The notes beneath the pieces were generated by a model that was not told the DNA's origin, made no database searches, and was given only the letters and a program-made list of their open reading frames with translations. This document shows, in pieces, positions 29,174 through 40,845 of a stretch of 64,000 bases of DNA. Every line of letters starts with the position of its first letter. Within the stretch, counting starts at the first letter, position 1. This DNA comes from Perna viridis (Eukaryota). The translations under genes were made by a program, and so were the position numbers. The DNA is taken from positions 248,001-312,000 of the forward strand of contig CM074516.1 of NCBI GenBank assembly GCA_037379345.1. The letters are read 5' to 3'.

Positions 29174-29206
29174 GAATTTTAGACCTTTCACACAGTACAC
29201 AACATG
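29174..29206 (+). CDS. DMD: Candidate 33-nt symmetric phase-1 cassette microexon ((G)ILDLSHSTQH) upstream of exon 2
   Basis: Branch-like CTAAT, then GTTCTCTCCTACAG acceptor; ATG|GTTTGT donor; open in the phase needed between first exons and exon 2. Confidence 0.5.
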
Positions 29207-29574
29207 GTTTGTCCCTGAAGCTAAACACCTCTAAGATTTATAAAGACACAATGCATTTATATAGCTGAAGTAATCCAACCATTCAGTAACATTGAGAAAT
29301 GAATTATTTTTTTATAATGAGATTTTTTATACAAAGGAACATATCAAAATACTTATTAGATTTTTTTTCCATTGTCCATCTTAGTTGAAAGAGTAACACA
29401 CATTCTTGTTGTATTTAATTGTTTAAGGGGTTATGTACAGGCTCTATCAACTTCATTCCCTGAAACAAAAAATATCTAGAAGTCACATGATGATCCCAAA
29501 TATTTTATAACAGGGGTGTGGGGTGCATTTTCATATTCTTTACTTTTTACATTTAAATTAATTGTGTTTTCCAG

Positions 29575-29636
29575 ATGAAAGGGAAGATGTTCAGAAAAAG
29601 ACATTTACGAAATGGATAAATTCACAGCTCTCAAAG
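29575..29636 (+). CDS. DMD: Dystrophin exon 2 equivalent, CH1 start (DEREDVQKKTFTKWINSQLSK)
   Basis: TTTTCCAG acceptor, AAG|GTAAGT donor. 62 nt like human DMD exon 2; canonical QKKTFTKW actin-binding motif. Confidence 0.97.
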
Positions 29637-30553
29637 GTAAGTCCAGAAGCTTTCATTGAAGCTGGAGAAAAAAAAATGGTTTATTCTTTCGAAATCAAGT
29701 GATATTCTTCACTTGCTTCATTAAGAAAAGTTTTGCTTAAAGTAATGGGAGTGAAATGTATGCCTCATTCTAACATAGTACACATTCAATTTACGTGATC
29801 CAATTCTAATATGACATGCTTCAAAGCACTTTAGACCACAGCCATAGTGAAAATGTGATAAAAACATGACCAACATGTCGTGCAACACATAGGCTTCATC
29901 TATTAAAAAATGTGAAGAAACCAGTAATATTAGAATAGAAATAAGTCATGAAAATTGCATTTTATCAATGTTTTACCATGGGCTGGACATTTATATGGTT
30001 ATTTAACCTATGGCTATCACTCTAGGTAAAACAATGCAACATAAATGGCCAACCCTGGGTAAAACAGTGATTAAATGGAGTTTTTGTGATTTATTTCTTA
30101 GTATTCAATAGGTGATTATTGATGGCTGTAAATTGAGTTCATAGGTGGTGCATCAGGGAAAGTCCATAAACTGTTAATTGTGACTGTCACATTTAGACTG
30201 ACAATTACATATTCAAATTTATACAATACAGTTTTATGCATTTTAAATCAAATATTGCATAAAATTATGAAAATTGAAATGTCTACACATATGTAACAGA
30301 TTTGAGGCAGCCATTGGTGGAATTTATATTCAGAGTTTTACATTTTTATCAAATGAAATTCAACTTTACAACAAACTCTCAAGTAAATGAAGGTGATTTC
30401 TTGGTGTTCATGTTGTAGAATGTATGTACATTCTGAGTCAAAGTAGAATTGACGTTATCATTTGAATAATTTACAGAGAACTATCACTTCAAATGTTATG
30501 TCATAGAAGTTTGTCAGGTTTGAGTTTATTATTGAGGTAAATTTATTTATCAT

Positions 30554-30773
30554 AGAAGCGACAACTTTAATTTTAATATTATTAATTTTCCTTACATGTG
30601 CAGCAATATACCTTCATCTCCTGCAAATGGTGTTTATATATTTCCCCCTAATCAGGGATATGAGGAAATGCGTCTTAAAAAGTTTCTTCCCAAATTTTAT
30701 TTCTAGATATCAGTCTTTGGTTGTAAAGTACTCAGTTTCTTCTGAAATAATGAGACATGATTGTTTTTGTTAA
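30554..30773 (+). mobile_element. Degraded Penelope-like retroelement RT C-terminal fragment
   Basis: Translates RSDNFNFNIINFPYMCSNIPSSPANGVYI..NQGYEEMRLKKFLPKF, then stop and frameshift; resembles the F-I-NFP-SNIP-PAYGVYISQL region of this RT type and the 57862-58085 fragment. Confidence 0.7.
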
Positions 30774-30814
30774 TTATTCTTTGTGCTGATACCAATGGCG
30801 GGTCCATAGTTTTA

Positions 30815-31281
30815 GGCTAAAAACCACTAATTCCACTTCCCATAGGCTTCTATGCTAATTTCACAATATTCAATGGCTTCTCTAGACTTTACCTTAACTT
30901 TAACCTGCAGAGGACTATATATCAGCATGATTCTACATATGTCAGCTCACAATCCTCAGAATGGCATGTGGGGTTAGCAGACTTGCAGTGCAGTACTGGT
31001 CACCGGAAGTGAAGGGTCTATAAATAGCATGGGAAATCCCAGTGTTTTCACAAGATAGGGGTATATTTAAAAATCATTATGGAGATTAGGCTTCACATCA
31101 CAAGAAGCAAAATGCACCTTTAAAATGTACAGAAATGTTTTTCCTTTCAGAAACTGTTTAAATTTTTTAAATAAGATGAGAGCTTTTTTCACAGCACTAT
31201 GAGGAACAGGGGTAATTTCTGCGTAGGACTATTTTTGTGTACGTTCCAAATGCTCATTGGTTGAATTGGTGGTCTGTAACC
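30815..31281 (+). mobile_element. ~465-bp non-autonomous DNA transposon (Kolobok-like), copy 2
   Basis: Near-identical to copies 1 and 3; flanks TTTA / TAAA. Confidence 0.85.
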
Positions 31282-32154
31282 TAAAGAGTCACTTTTTGTC
31301 TTAGAAAAAATAAATAACTATACAGGTATCTTCCTACACACATACTGAATGCATTTGCAAAGTTTCAGTGAAATGTGACAAGCACTTTTTTAAATATTTG
31401 ATTTTTAAATATAGGGTAACCAAGTTGTGCGAGCAAAAAAGTGACAATATTCTACCATACTTAAATGCATTAAATATTTGCAAAGAACTTTTTCTGACTT
31501 TTCAAATAAAAAATATCAATCACAACTTGTTTTTTAGCAATATTAATGAAGAAATAGTTTTAAAAGTAATCATTTTCTGAGAAATTGGTCTATGTTTAAA
31601 AATTTATTTCTGACATGCCTCCGCCTTTTTCTTGATCACATGTCAAAAATCCTAAATCTTTAAATTTTCACAAAAGGTGATATATTTGGCTTTAAATTTG
31701 TAAATACAGTGTTTTCACATTAAAACATGACCAGTAAAGGGCACCTAAAGCAAAAAAAGTACTCAATAATGGATTTTCCATGTTGCCATAGGGGAATGCT
31801 TATATGGCCTTAACCGCAGTAATGAAAGTGAGTTTTTCCTCATTTCTAACCTAATTTTTGCTCAAATCTACACAAAACTTGATTTAAAGTGCTTATTACC
31901 ACCATATTTAAGTAAATATAGCCCTCAAAGTTTAATATTTGATATTTTTACTAAATTTTCTACACTTTTTACAAGATAGGACATAAAAATCAGCCAAAAA
32001 GACCAATTTTCCATAATTTGGACCTCTAACTTAAAAAAATACATATTTTGAAGGATTTTTGTAGTGTAATCCTCTCATGGCAAAGTTAACAAGATCTTCA
32101 AGTAGTTTAAAGCTATTTCAAGAAACTTTTCATTTTGCCATGGCTTCAGCTTAA

Positions 32155-32620
32155 GGCTAAAAACCACTAATTCCACTTCCCATAGGCTTCTATGCTAATT
32201 TCACAATATTCAATGGCTTCTCTGGACTTTACCTTAACTTTAACCTGCAGAGGACTATATATCAGCATGATTCTACATATGTCAGCTCACAATCCTCAGA
32301 ATGGCATGTGGAGTTAGCAGACTTGCAGTGCAGTACTGGTCACCAGAAGTGAAGGGTCTATAAATAGCATGGGAAATCCCAGTGTTTTCACAAGATAGGG
32401 GTATATTTAAAAATCATTATGGAGATTAGGCTTCACATCACAAGAAGCAAAATGCACCTATAAAATGTACAGAAATGTTTTTCCTTTCAGAAACTGTTTA
32501 AATTTTTTTAATAAGATGAGAGCTTTTTTCACAGCACTATGAGGAACAGGAGTAATTTCTGCGTAGGACTATTTTTGCGTACGATCAAATGCTCATTGGT
32601 TGAATTGGTGGTCTGTAACC
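32155..32620 (+). mobile_element. ~465-bp non-autonomous DNA transposon (Kolobok-like), copy 3
   Basis: Near-identical to copies 1 and 2; flanks TTAA / TAAA. Confidence 0.85.
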
Positions 32621-33679
32621 TAAAATTTAGGTAAGGGGACCCCCAAAAAAATGTTCTGAGGCATGCCCCCCTCCCCCAAGAAAATTTTGAAATATTAAAC
32701 CACAAAACCTGCATTCTGAGGGTATCTTAAAAGAATTTTCAACAATTTTTTTTAAAAATTGTAGTTTTCTAAGGGGGGCCAGCCCCGCGGGGTCCCCTGG
32801 ATCCACCACATGCAAATTCTATTTAATTACTACTGGTCAGGACCAGTTAAAGCTGCTGGGGTAGTGTCTTTTTGGCCAGATTTGATTATAGATCTGATTA
32901 GTGTTCATTACTGTTATTTTGAAATATAGACCAAATGATAAGAACTAACCATAACAATAAAAAATGGTGTCATAATATATGTATTAAATTTATCAAAATT
33001 TGCAGTATTACAAATTTCAAAATACTGTAATCACTGAGGCTTCATTCCTTGTATTGCACTCTTAGTGATGGCTTTGGCTTCCTATTTCAATAGCCTTCTT
33101 GTATACAATTAAATTTTGGGATTTAATTCTTCCTATGTACAAGATATGGAAATTTGATTTATATACGATTCATATTTTTATATTCTATAATGCTGAAATT
33201 CTATTATTGTAATTAATTTGCTAGTATCAACCATAAATTTGATCTGAAATGCTAAATTATTGGAATTGCAAAGTGTCATGGAGTTCTGCACAAATAAAGT
33301 TATAGTTTTCTTTTCCTGCATCCTTTAATTCCCATAAGACTTCAACGTGGTTTTCATGGCAACACATAGCATCTGGAACAAATTAAGGAACCAAATCGTT
33401 TTGACATTATGGCTTAAAAAGATTAGTGACTTCCATTTAAAAGAAAGAGATGAGATATGTGGACTCTAATTAATGAGGAACCAGTAAGACATGTGACTAG
33501 ACCTTTGGTATGAATTGGTAATCATTTCAACAAAAAGTTAAATTAGATGGTTTTCTTTGTTACAAGTAATTGGTGAGTCATAATGGTTGAATTATGCAAA
33601 AGAACCTCTCCAATCATTTTTGATATGATCAAATGATTATAATAAGTTTTTGGTGAGAAGTCATATTGATTCTTATAAC

Positions 33680-35802
33680 GTATTGGTAAAGTCGTATTGA
33701 TTGTTATAAGTTATTGGTGAAGTTGTTATTGATTGTTATAAGTTATTGGTGAAGTTGTTATTTATTGTTATAAGTTATTGGTGAAGTCGTATTGATTGTT
33801 ATAAGTTATTGGTGAAGTCGTATTGATTGTTATAAGTTATTGGTGAAGTTGTTATTGATTGTTATAAGTTATTGGTGAAGTTGTTATTTATTGTTATAAG
33901 TTATTAGTGAAGTTGTTATTTATTGTTACAAGTTATTAGTGAAGTCGTATTGATTGTTATAAGTTATTGATGGAGTTGTATTGATTGTTATAAGTTATTG
34001 GTGAAGTCGTATTGATTGTTATAAGTTATTGGTGAAGTCGTATTGATTGTTATAAGTTATTGGTGAAGTCGTATTGATTGTTATAAGTTATTGGTGAAGT
34101 CGTATTGATTGTTATAAGTTATTGGTGAAGTTGTTATTGATTGTTATAAGTTATTGGTGAAGTCGTATTGATTGTTATAAGTTATTTTATGGAGTTGTAT
34201 TGATTGTTTTAAGTTATTGGTGAAGTCGTATTGATTGTTATAAGTTATTGGTGAAGTCGTATTGATTGTTATAAGTTATTGGTGAAGTCGTATTGATTGT
34301 TATAAGTTATTGGTGAAGTTGTTATTGATTGTTATAAGTTATTTTATGGAGTCGTATTGATTGTTATAAGTTATTGGTGAAGTCGTATTGATTGTTATAA
34401 GTTATTGGTGAAGTCGTATTGATTGTTATAAGTTATTGGTGAAGTTGTTATTGATTGTTATAAGTTATTTTATGGAGTCGTATTGATTGTTATAAGTTAT
34501 TGGTGAAGTCGTATTGATTGTTATAAGTTATTGGTGAAGTCGTATTGATTGTTATAAGTTATTGGTGAAGTTGTTATTGATTGTTATAAGTTATTGGTGA
34601 AGTCGTATTGATTGTTATAAGTTATTTTATGGAGTTGTATTGATTGTTATAAGTTATTGGTGAAGTCGTATTGATTGTTATAAGTTATTGGTGAAGTCGT
34701 ATTGATTGTTATAAGTTATTGGTGAAGTCGTATTGATTGTTAGTGAAGTCGTATTGATTGTTATAAGTTAATGGTGAAGTCGTATTGTTTGTTATAACTT
34801 AATGGTGAAGTCATATTGATTGTTATAACCTAATGGTGAAGTCGTATTGATTGTTATAAGTTATTGGTGAAGTTGTTATTGATTGTTATAAGTTATTGGT
34901 GAAGTTGTTATTGATTGTTATAAGTTATTGGTGAAGTCGTATTGATTGTTATAAGTTATTGGTGAAGTCGTATTGATTGTTATAACCTAATGGTGAAGTC
35001 GTATTGATTGTTATCAGTTATTGGTGAAGTTGTATTGATTGTTAAAAGTTACTGGTGAAGTAGTAGTGATTGTTATAAGTTATTGGTGAAGTTGTTATTG
35101 ATTGTTATAAGTTATTGGTGAAGTCGTATTGTTTGTTATAAGTTATTGGTGAAGTCGTATTGTTTGTTATAAGTTATTGGTGAAGTCGTATTGATTGTTA
35201 TAAGTTATTGGTGAAGTTGTTATTGATTGTTATAAGTTATTTTATGGAGTTGTATTGATTGTTATTAACAAACTAGTCAAAATACGTTAAAATATGTCAA
35301 AAACTGACCAATTGATATGAATTCAAACTGGGCATCTATACAGGGCCAATATGGATCAAAGCAGGGCTAATACGGCATCATAACTTCCAGTCGTTTGACA
35401 CCGCCATTTTGAAATTAAAATTTATATAAAAAAGGATATTTAAGACTGATTAATGCAAATAATCCTACATGAAAACAACTGTTCTACAAATCATCTAGTC
35501 GAGTTGGTTAATAAAATTGTCAATAAATATGTAATTTCATATTGGCCCTGTTATAGGTTTCGGTCAATCATATTGGCCTTCACAGCCGTATTTGCCCTCG
35601 GCGATGCCTCAGGATCAATATGACGGCCTTGACCAGTATGACAGACCTCAAACCTATAAAAGGGCCAGTATGAAATTAAATAATTATTAATATATATTAT
35701 AAGTTATTGATGGAGTCGTATTGATTGTTATAACTTAATGGTGAAGTCGTATTGATTGTTATAACTTTATGGTGAAGTTGTATTGATTGCTATAAGTTAT
35801 TT
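33680..35802. repeat. Minisatellite, 31-32-bp unit GGTGAAGTCGTATTGATTGTTATAAGTTATT, interrupted at ~35267-35695
   Basis: More than 50 copies; resumes after the insertion and ends ~25 nt before the exon 3 acceptor. Confidence 0.96.
35267..35695. mobile_element. Non-autonomous element with long terminal palindrome, inserted into a minisatellite
   Basis: Unrelated ~430-bp sequence splitting the array; hairpin arms AATTTCATATTGGCCCTGTTATAGGTTT / AAACCTATAAAAGGGCCAGTATGAAATT. Confidence 0.7.
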
Positions 35803-35825
35803 GTATGATTTCTGTTGTTATTCAG

Positions 35826-35918
35826 GCCCATAGACCAACAGTTAACAACTTATTTGCGGATCTGAAGGATGGTACACAGTTGTTATCATTGTTGGAAGTT
35901 CTAGGAGGCATGACCTTG
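35826..35918 (+). CDS. DMD: Dystrophin exon 3 equivalent (AHRPTVNNLFADLKDGTQLLSLLEVLGGMTL)
   Basis: TTCAG acceptor, TTG|GTAAGT donor. 93 nt like human exon 3; DLxDG-xxLL-xLLE CH1 motif. Confidence 0.96.
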
Positions 35919-36262
35919 GTAAGTGATTACTGAAAGTTCTAGGAAGGATGACCTTGGTAAGTGATTACTGAAAGTTCTAGGAAGGATGACCTTGGTAAGG
36001 GATAACTGAAAGTTCTAGGAAGGATGACCTTGGTAAGGGATAACTGAAAGTTCTAGGAAGAATGACCCACAGGTAAGTGATTACTGAAATTCTGGGAAGC
36101 ATGATTTTGGTAAGTGATTACTGGAAGTTCTGGGGGTCTGGTAAAGGACTACTGGAAATTCTTGGAGGCATGATCTTGTTACTTGTGATTACTTTAAGTT
36201 CAAAGAGGCATGACTCTGGTAAGTGATTACTGTTCATTTGTTAAGGCATGACCATGGTATGT
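35895..36262 (+). repeat. Donor-echo array of exon 3 (38-bp unit)
   Basis: About 10 decaying copies of GAAGTTCTAGGAGGCATGACCTTG|GTAAGTGATTACT. Confidence 0.92.
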
Positions 36263-36596
36263 TTTAAGTAATGCAGGTGCTTTGCAATTTTTATTTGTTT
36301 TAAGTAAGGTACAAATGTTGGATATCACATTCTTGAAGGAAGATAATTACTGTCAGATGATTACAAGGTGAGATAATCTAACTAATTGGTTTGAATGTAA
36401 AGAGTTCAGGTGAAGCAGAAAAGACTTCTCATAGGATTTTGAGGCTTAAAATTCCACTGGCCATGAATGTGTATGCCATGAAACGGGCAAACATTAAAAG
36501 AATTCATCATTTTCTCAACAAATTAACTCAGATTTGCTAATTTTAATAAAGATAATGATGGAAACTCATTAAAAAGACATATACTGCAAAACCTGT

Positions 36597-36757
36597 ATAA
36601 AAGGAGCCAGAAAGACTCATTTCTGTATCAGTATTTATAAAAGGAGCCAGAAAGACTCATTTCTGTATCAGTATTTATAAAAGAAGCCAGAAAGACTCAT
36701 TTCTGTATCAGTATTTATAAAAGGAGCTAGAAAGACTCATTTCTGTATCAGTATTTA
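36597..36757. repeat. Minisatellite, 40-bp unit
   Basis: 4 copies of ATAAAAGGAGCCAGAAAGACTCATTTCTGTATCAGTATTT. Confidence 0.93.
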
Positions 36758-37571
36758 TGTATTTTGAACCGTGGTAAACCAGAAACCTGTTTAATCAATT
36801 TGAAAGTCCAGAAATAACTTCCATTTAGATAGGTTTTACTATAACTACATAAAACTATATCATTTTCAGTTATACCCTTTTTTGTTTGATCATTAAACCC
36901 ATCTGTCTGTCTGTCTGTCTGTCAATTTGTCCATCTTGATGAGTAAATTTTGTCACAATTATGTCAGTTGCCAGTAGATTATCTAATATCAAGTATTTGT
37001 TTTGTGGGACTTTTTTCACTATATGGAACCAATAGGAGTATACCTAACATCTTCATTTGTATTTTATGACAACTTTGGATGTGGGTAGGTAGGCTAGTAT
37101 TTTATTAACTTTTCCTACTAAGACTCATTTTTTTCAAAAGAAATTGGATAGGAATATGGCTATCGAGTCAGTTAATAAAATGTGAATTATGAATTTCTCA
37201 AGAATTGCCTTGACTGATATAAAATATTAAACCCACAAACCCTTAATATGATGAGAATATTATTTTGAACAGTTTCCTGCTATCATGAGCAACCATGCTG
37301 AGGCCAGATGTTTTAGGCAAATAGTTATCTGCTCTCTAGTATAAGATATCATAGTGAGGTGCTAATGGTATCTATCCGTCTGTCTGTTCACCCACAAATC
37401 TTGTAAATCTTCACTGAAACTGCATGGTGGATTACTTCTATAGATTGTTCTTTTATGAAGTGTAAATATGCATATAAAACCATCATTTTGATTTTAGAAA
37501 TTCTGTACATGTTTTGTGACATTTAACTATTGGCTGGAGACATGTAGTATTCTTGTACCTTTGATATATAA

Positions 37572-37714
37572 GGGTTCTCAATAAGTTATAAAGTAGGTGG
37601 CTCCATTGATAACCAAACATTTTTTTTTAATTTAATTTTTTTTTGAGCAACAAAATAGCCGGCGCCAATGTCAAAGTAGACGGCAAAATTGCCGGGTGCT
37701 GGCATATAACCCTG
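37572..37714 (+). mobile_element. Internally deleted MITE, same family as 57321-58209
   Basis: Shares the GGTTCTCAATAAGT..AAAGTAGGTGGC left end and the GAGCAACAAAATAGC..GGCGCCAATGTCAAAGTAGACGGCAAAA right part. Confidence 0.75.
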
Positions 37715-38219
37715 TAAGTGGATTCTTTTGTTGTCCTGTCAATATTTATTTACAACTATTTCCATACTTAGTCACATTTTCCATCATAAATTACAAATAA
37801 TCTTTGTTTTTGTTTACCATTATAGCTTTTAGACATTCTTGCTCTCAGTGTTGTTGTTTGTGTAGTATTTTATCTAAAATATTGTGGTGTGAAAAAATTA
37901 AATCATTTTTATGTAACAGACTTATTAGATTTCATACCCAAGGTTGAATCAATTTTGTTTGCCTTGCAATTTCCATAGACAAAGTTTATGTTCTTTCTAT
38001 AAGATTTATGAAGGCATTTTTAAATTAACTATTTATGTATGTTCAGAAGGTTGAAATTTAATACTTTCTTCTGGTTTATTATTCAATTTTATTCTTTTTG
38101 GCTGAAAAATATTAGATTTTTCTACTAATGTATTTTTGTTCTGTGTTTATTTAATGTGAGACAAAATATACATTTGAAGGTCTTTTTAAATCTTTTAAGA
38201 CATTTTTTTGTATTTTCAG

Positions 38220-38300
38220 AGAAGAGAGAAAGGCAGACTGAGAGTGCATCACATCAACAATGTAAACCAAGCCATTGCTGTACTCAGTAATAACTATAAT
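38220..38300 (+). CDS. DMD: Dystrophin exon 4 equivalent (RREKGRLRVHHINNVNQAIAVLSNNYN)
   Basis: TATTTTCAG acceptor, AAT|GTAAGT donor. 81 nt, phase 0-0; resembles human EKGSTRVHALNNVNKAL. Confidence 0.95.
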
Positions 38301-38562
38301 GTAAGTTCACCAACAATATAAACTTTGCCATTGCTGTACTCAGTAATAAGTGTAATATAAGTTCATCAACAATGTAACTGCTATACTCAGTAATAACTAT
38401 AATATAAGTTCATGAACAGTGCAAACCAAGCCATATTTGTACTCAGTAATAACTATAATGTGAGTTCATCAACTATGTAACCTTAGTCATTGCTGTACTC
38501 AGTAATTACTATAATGTAAGTACATGAACAGTGCAAACCAAACCATTTATGTACTCAGTAAT
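38252..38562 (+). repeat. Donor-echo array of exon 4 (~56-bp unit)
   Basis: 5-6 copies of CATCAACAATGTAAACCAAGCCATTGCTGTACTCAGTAATAACTATAAT|GTAAGTT. Confidence 0.9.
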
Positions 38563-39975
38563 ATGAATTTTTGACAGATTGAAAATAACATATAATATGA
38601 CTTGTTATTATCTAGAATGTTTGTAATTTGAAAATTTGAAGCATTTTACAATTTTGTGCCTGTGTGAAAAGTCTTAAGCCGTAGTTTTGTCCATTACTCC
38701 TAAAGATCCTTTTATTCTTAGGTCTATCCATAACTCCCAGTGAAAACTATAGAAACAACATACAATAGCACAACTGTCTGTCTGTCTGTCTGTCTGTCTG
38801 TCATAAGACCTGATTACTTGTATTTTTTCATTGTATTTTGCACCCATTTTGCCTGCAGTTTACACTCTTGTGATCTTGTGATTGTAAATCTTTTCCATAG
38901 TACCTATGTTAAGATTACAGAAGGTTCAGGATTTCCCAGATCATTTTCATAAAATATTGTAAAAAATATGGATTGTCATCAAGTAGTATAAACAGGTCAT
39001 TCCTTCCTTATGTTTCTTCACAGTGCTGTCTGTCTGCCTGTTCTTCTATCCATCGCCTTTCCTTTTGCTTATCTATATTTTTTTAACCCTCTGAAATCAA
39101 AATCTTTCATCATTACTGTCTGTCTGTCTGTGTAAGATCTTTTTGTTTTCTTGTTTATTTTTTCATCCTTATACTCATCCTTCAACAGATTTTCTCACTT
39201 AGTTTTTTCTGGCAATTAAAAATATCATCACAGATAACTAAAATTGGTCAAAACATGACTTATATGGCACTTTTTTGTTTTTGGAATAATTTTATATTAG
39301 TCCTTCAAATATAGTAATTTTCAAAACTAAATGTATTTTGATAAGCAACATCCTGAATTCCTGTTATGACTGGAATTATTGTATGTGACTCATTATTTCA
39401 CCAAATTGCTCCAAATTATCTGTTTCCTTTTGCTATGTAGTTGTACAGTACAAAATGGTGTCAATCTGTATGAAATTACTCTAACATTCAGTTTTGTTGG
39501 ATAGAATTACTGTCAATATCACATTATTTGTGCATTTTGGATAGGTAATTGGCCACTTATACCGAATGTATAGACATTCCTTATGAATGTCTATTTCCCA
39601 GACTTTAAACTGTTAAACAAGTTGCCATGTTGGAAGGGAGCTTTAAATGGACATTATTAGAAATTGTTTATAGGTTTTTGTCTGACAGTTTTAAACAAAA
39701 AAATAATAATTTTTGCAATTTCATGCAGAAAACCCCAAAACCCAACATTTTGCTTTAATTGATATAGAGTTTATTAGTTTACAGTGAGGAGTAAATTCAT
39801 TTAGACCGAATTTTTGCTCTTTATCATGTACCAGTAGTATAAAATCTAAAATAACAAACCCAATTATTCATCACTTTTGTATTGTAAGGACTTGTTAAGG
39901 TGATATTCTTGGGTTTCACTCCTAAATAAACTGTTGTAAATATCACCAAATAGTAACATTAAGTACATGAAGAAT

Positions 39976-40293
39976 CATGCAGTGGTTGATAAGAAGTGTG
40001 AAGCCATCCAGTATCCCCCATCATGCAGAGGTTGATAAGAAGTGTGAAGCCCTCCAGTATCCCCCATTATGCACAGGTTGATAAGAAGTGTGAAGCCATC
40101 CAGTATCTCCCATCATGCACAGGTTGATAAGAAGTGTGAAGCCCTCCAGTATCTCCCATCATGCACAGGTTGATAAGAAGTGTGAAGCCATCCAGTATCT
40201 CCCATCATGCACAGGTTGATAAGAAGTGTGAAGCCATCCAGTATCTCCCATCATGCACAGGTTGATAAGAAGTGTGAAGCCATCCAGTATCTC
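39976..40293. repeat. Minisatellite, 46-bp unit
   Basis: 7 copies of TCATGCACAGGTTGATAAGAAGTGTGAAGCCATCCAGTATCTCCCA. Confidence 0.95.
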
Positions 40294-40845
40294 CTATTAG
40301 AACCAATTCAAAGTATGAGGTTAGGTTACAGTATTCTTCCATGTATACCACGCTTTTTTCAACTTGTTCTTTTTTTCCAGGGGTGGGGGACAGTGTGTGC
40401 ACGATATGCACCAAAACAGTGAGTTTCTAGATTTTTTTTCTGGAGTCATAATTTTTGGGAATGAGAATAGAAGTTGTCAATGGAAGACAACTTGGAGCCA
40501 TTTTGTATTTTTGAGAACAATTTTACTGCTATTTAATAGATTTAATACATTTCCATCAATGCTGTTTTCTTGAATTTCATAGTTTGTACAAAAAACCTCG
40601 ACTGGCTTATTATGTTTCTCTCAATACATGCCATCCTAATTATAATTTCTTCACCTGTGTGCAGTGGTCTGTTGAATACACAATAATGGGAGAGCCAACC
40701 TGTCCTTGGGTCCATTGTCATTTAATTATCAAAAGTTCAATTTAAAAGGTGAAAACAATTGTCACTAATCCTTTAATCCACTTGATGAACTGTTTCCTGA
40801 TGTCAAATATCAATACACAAGCTTGGTAAATTTAAACATCTTTTT

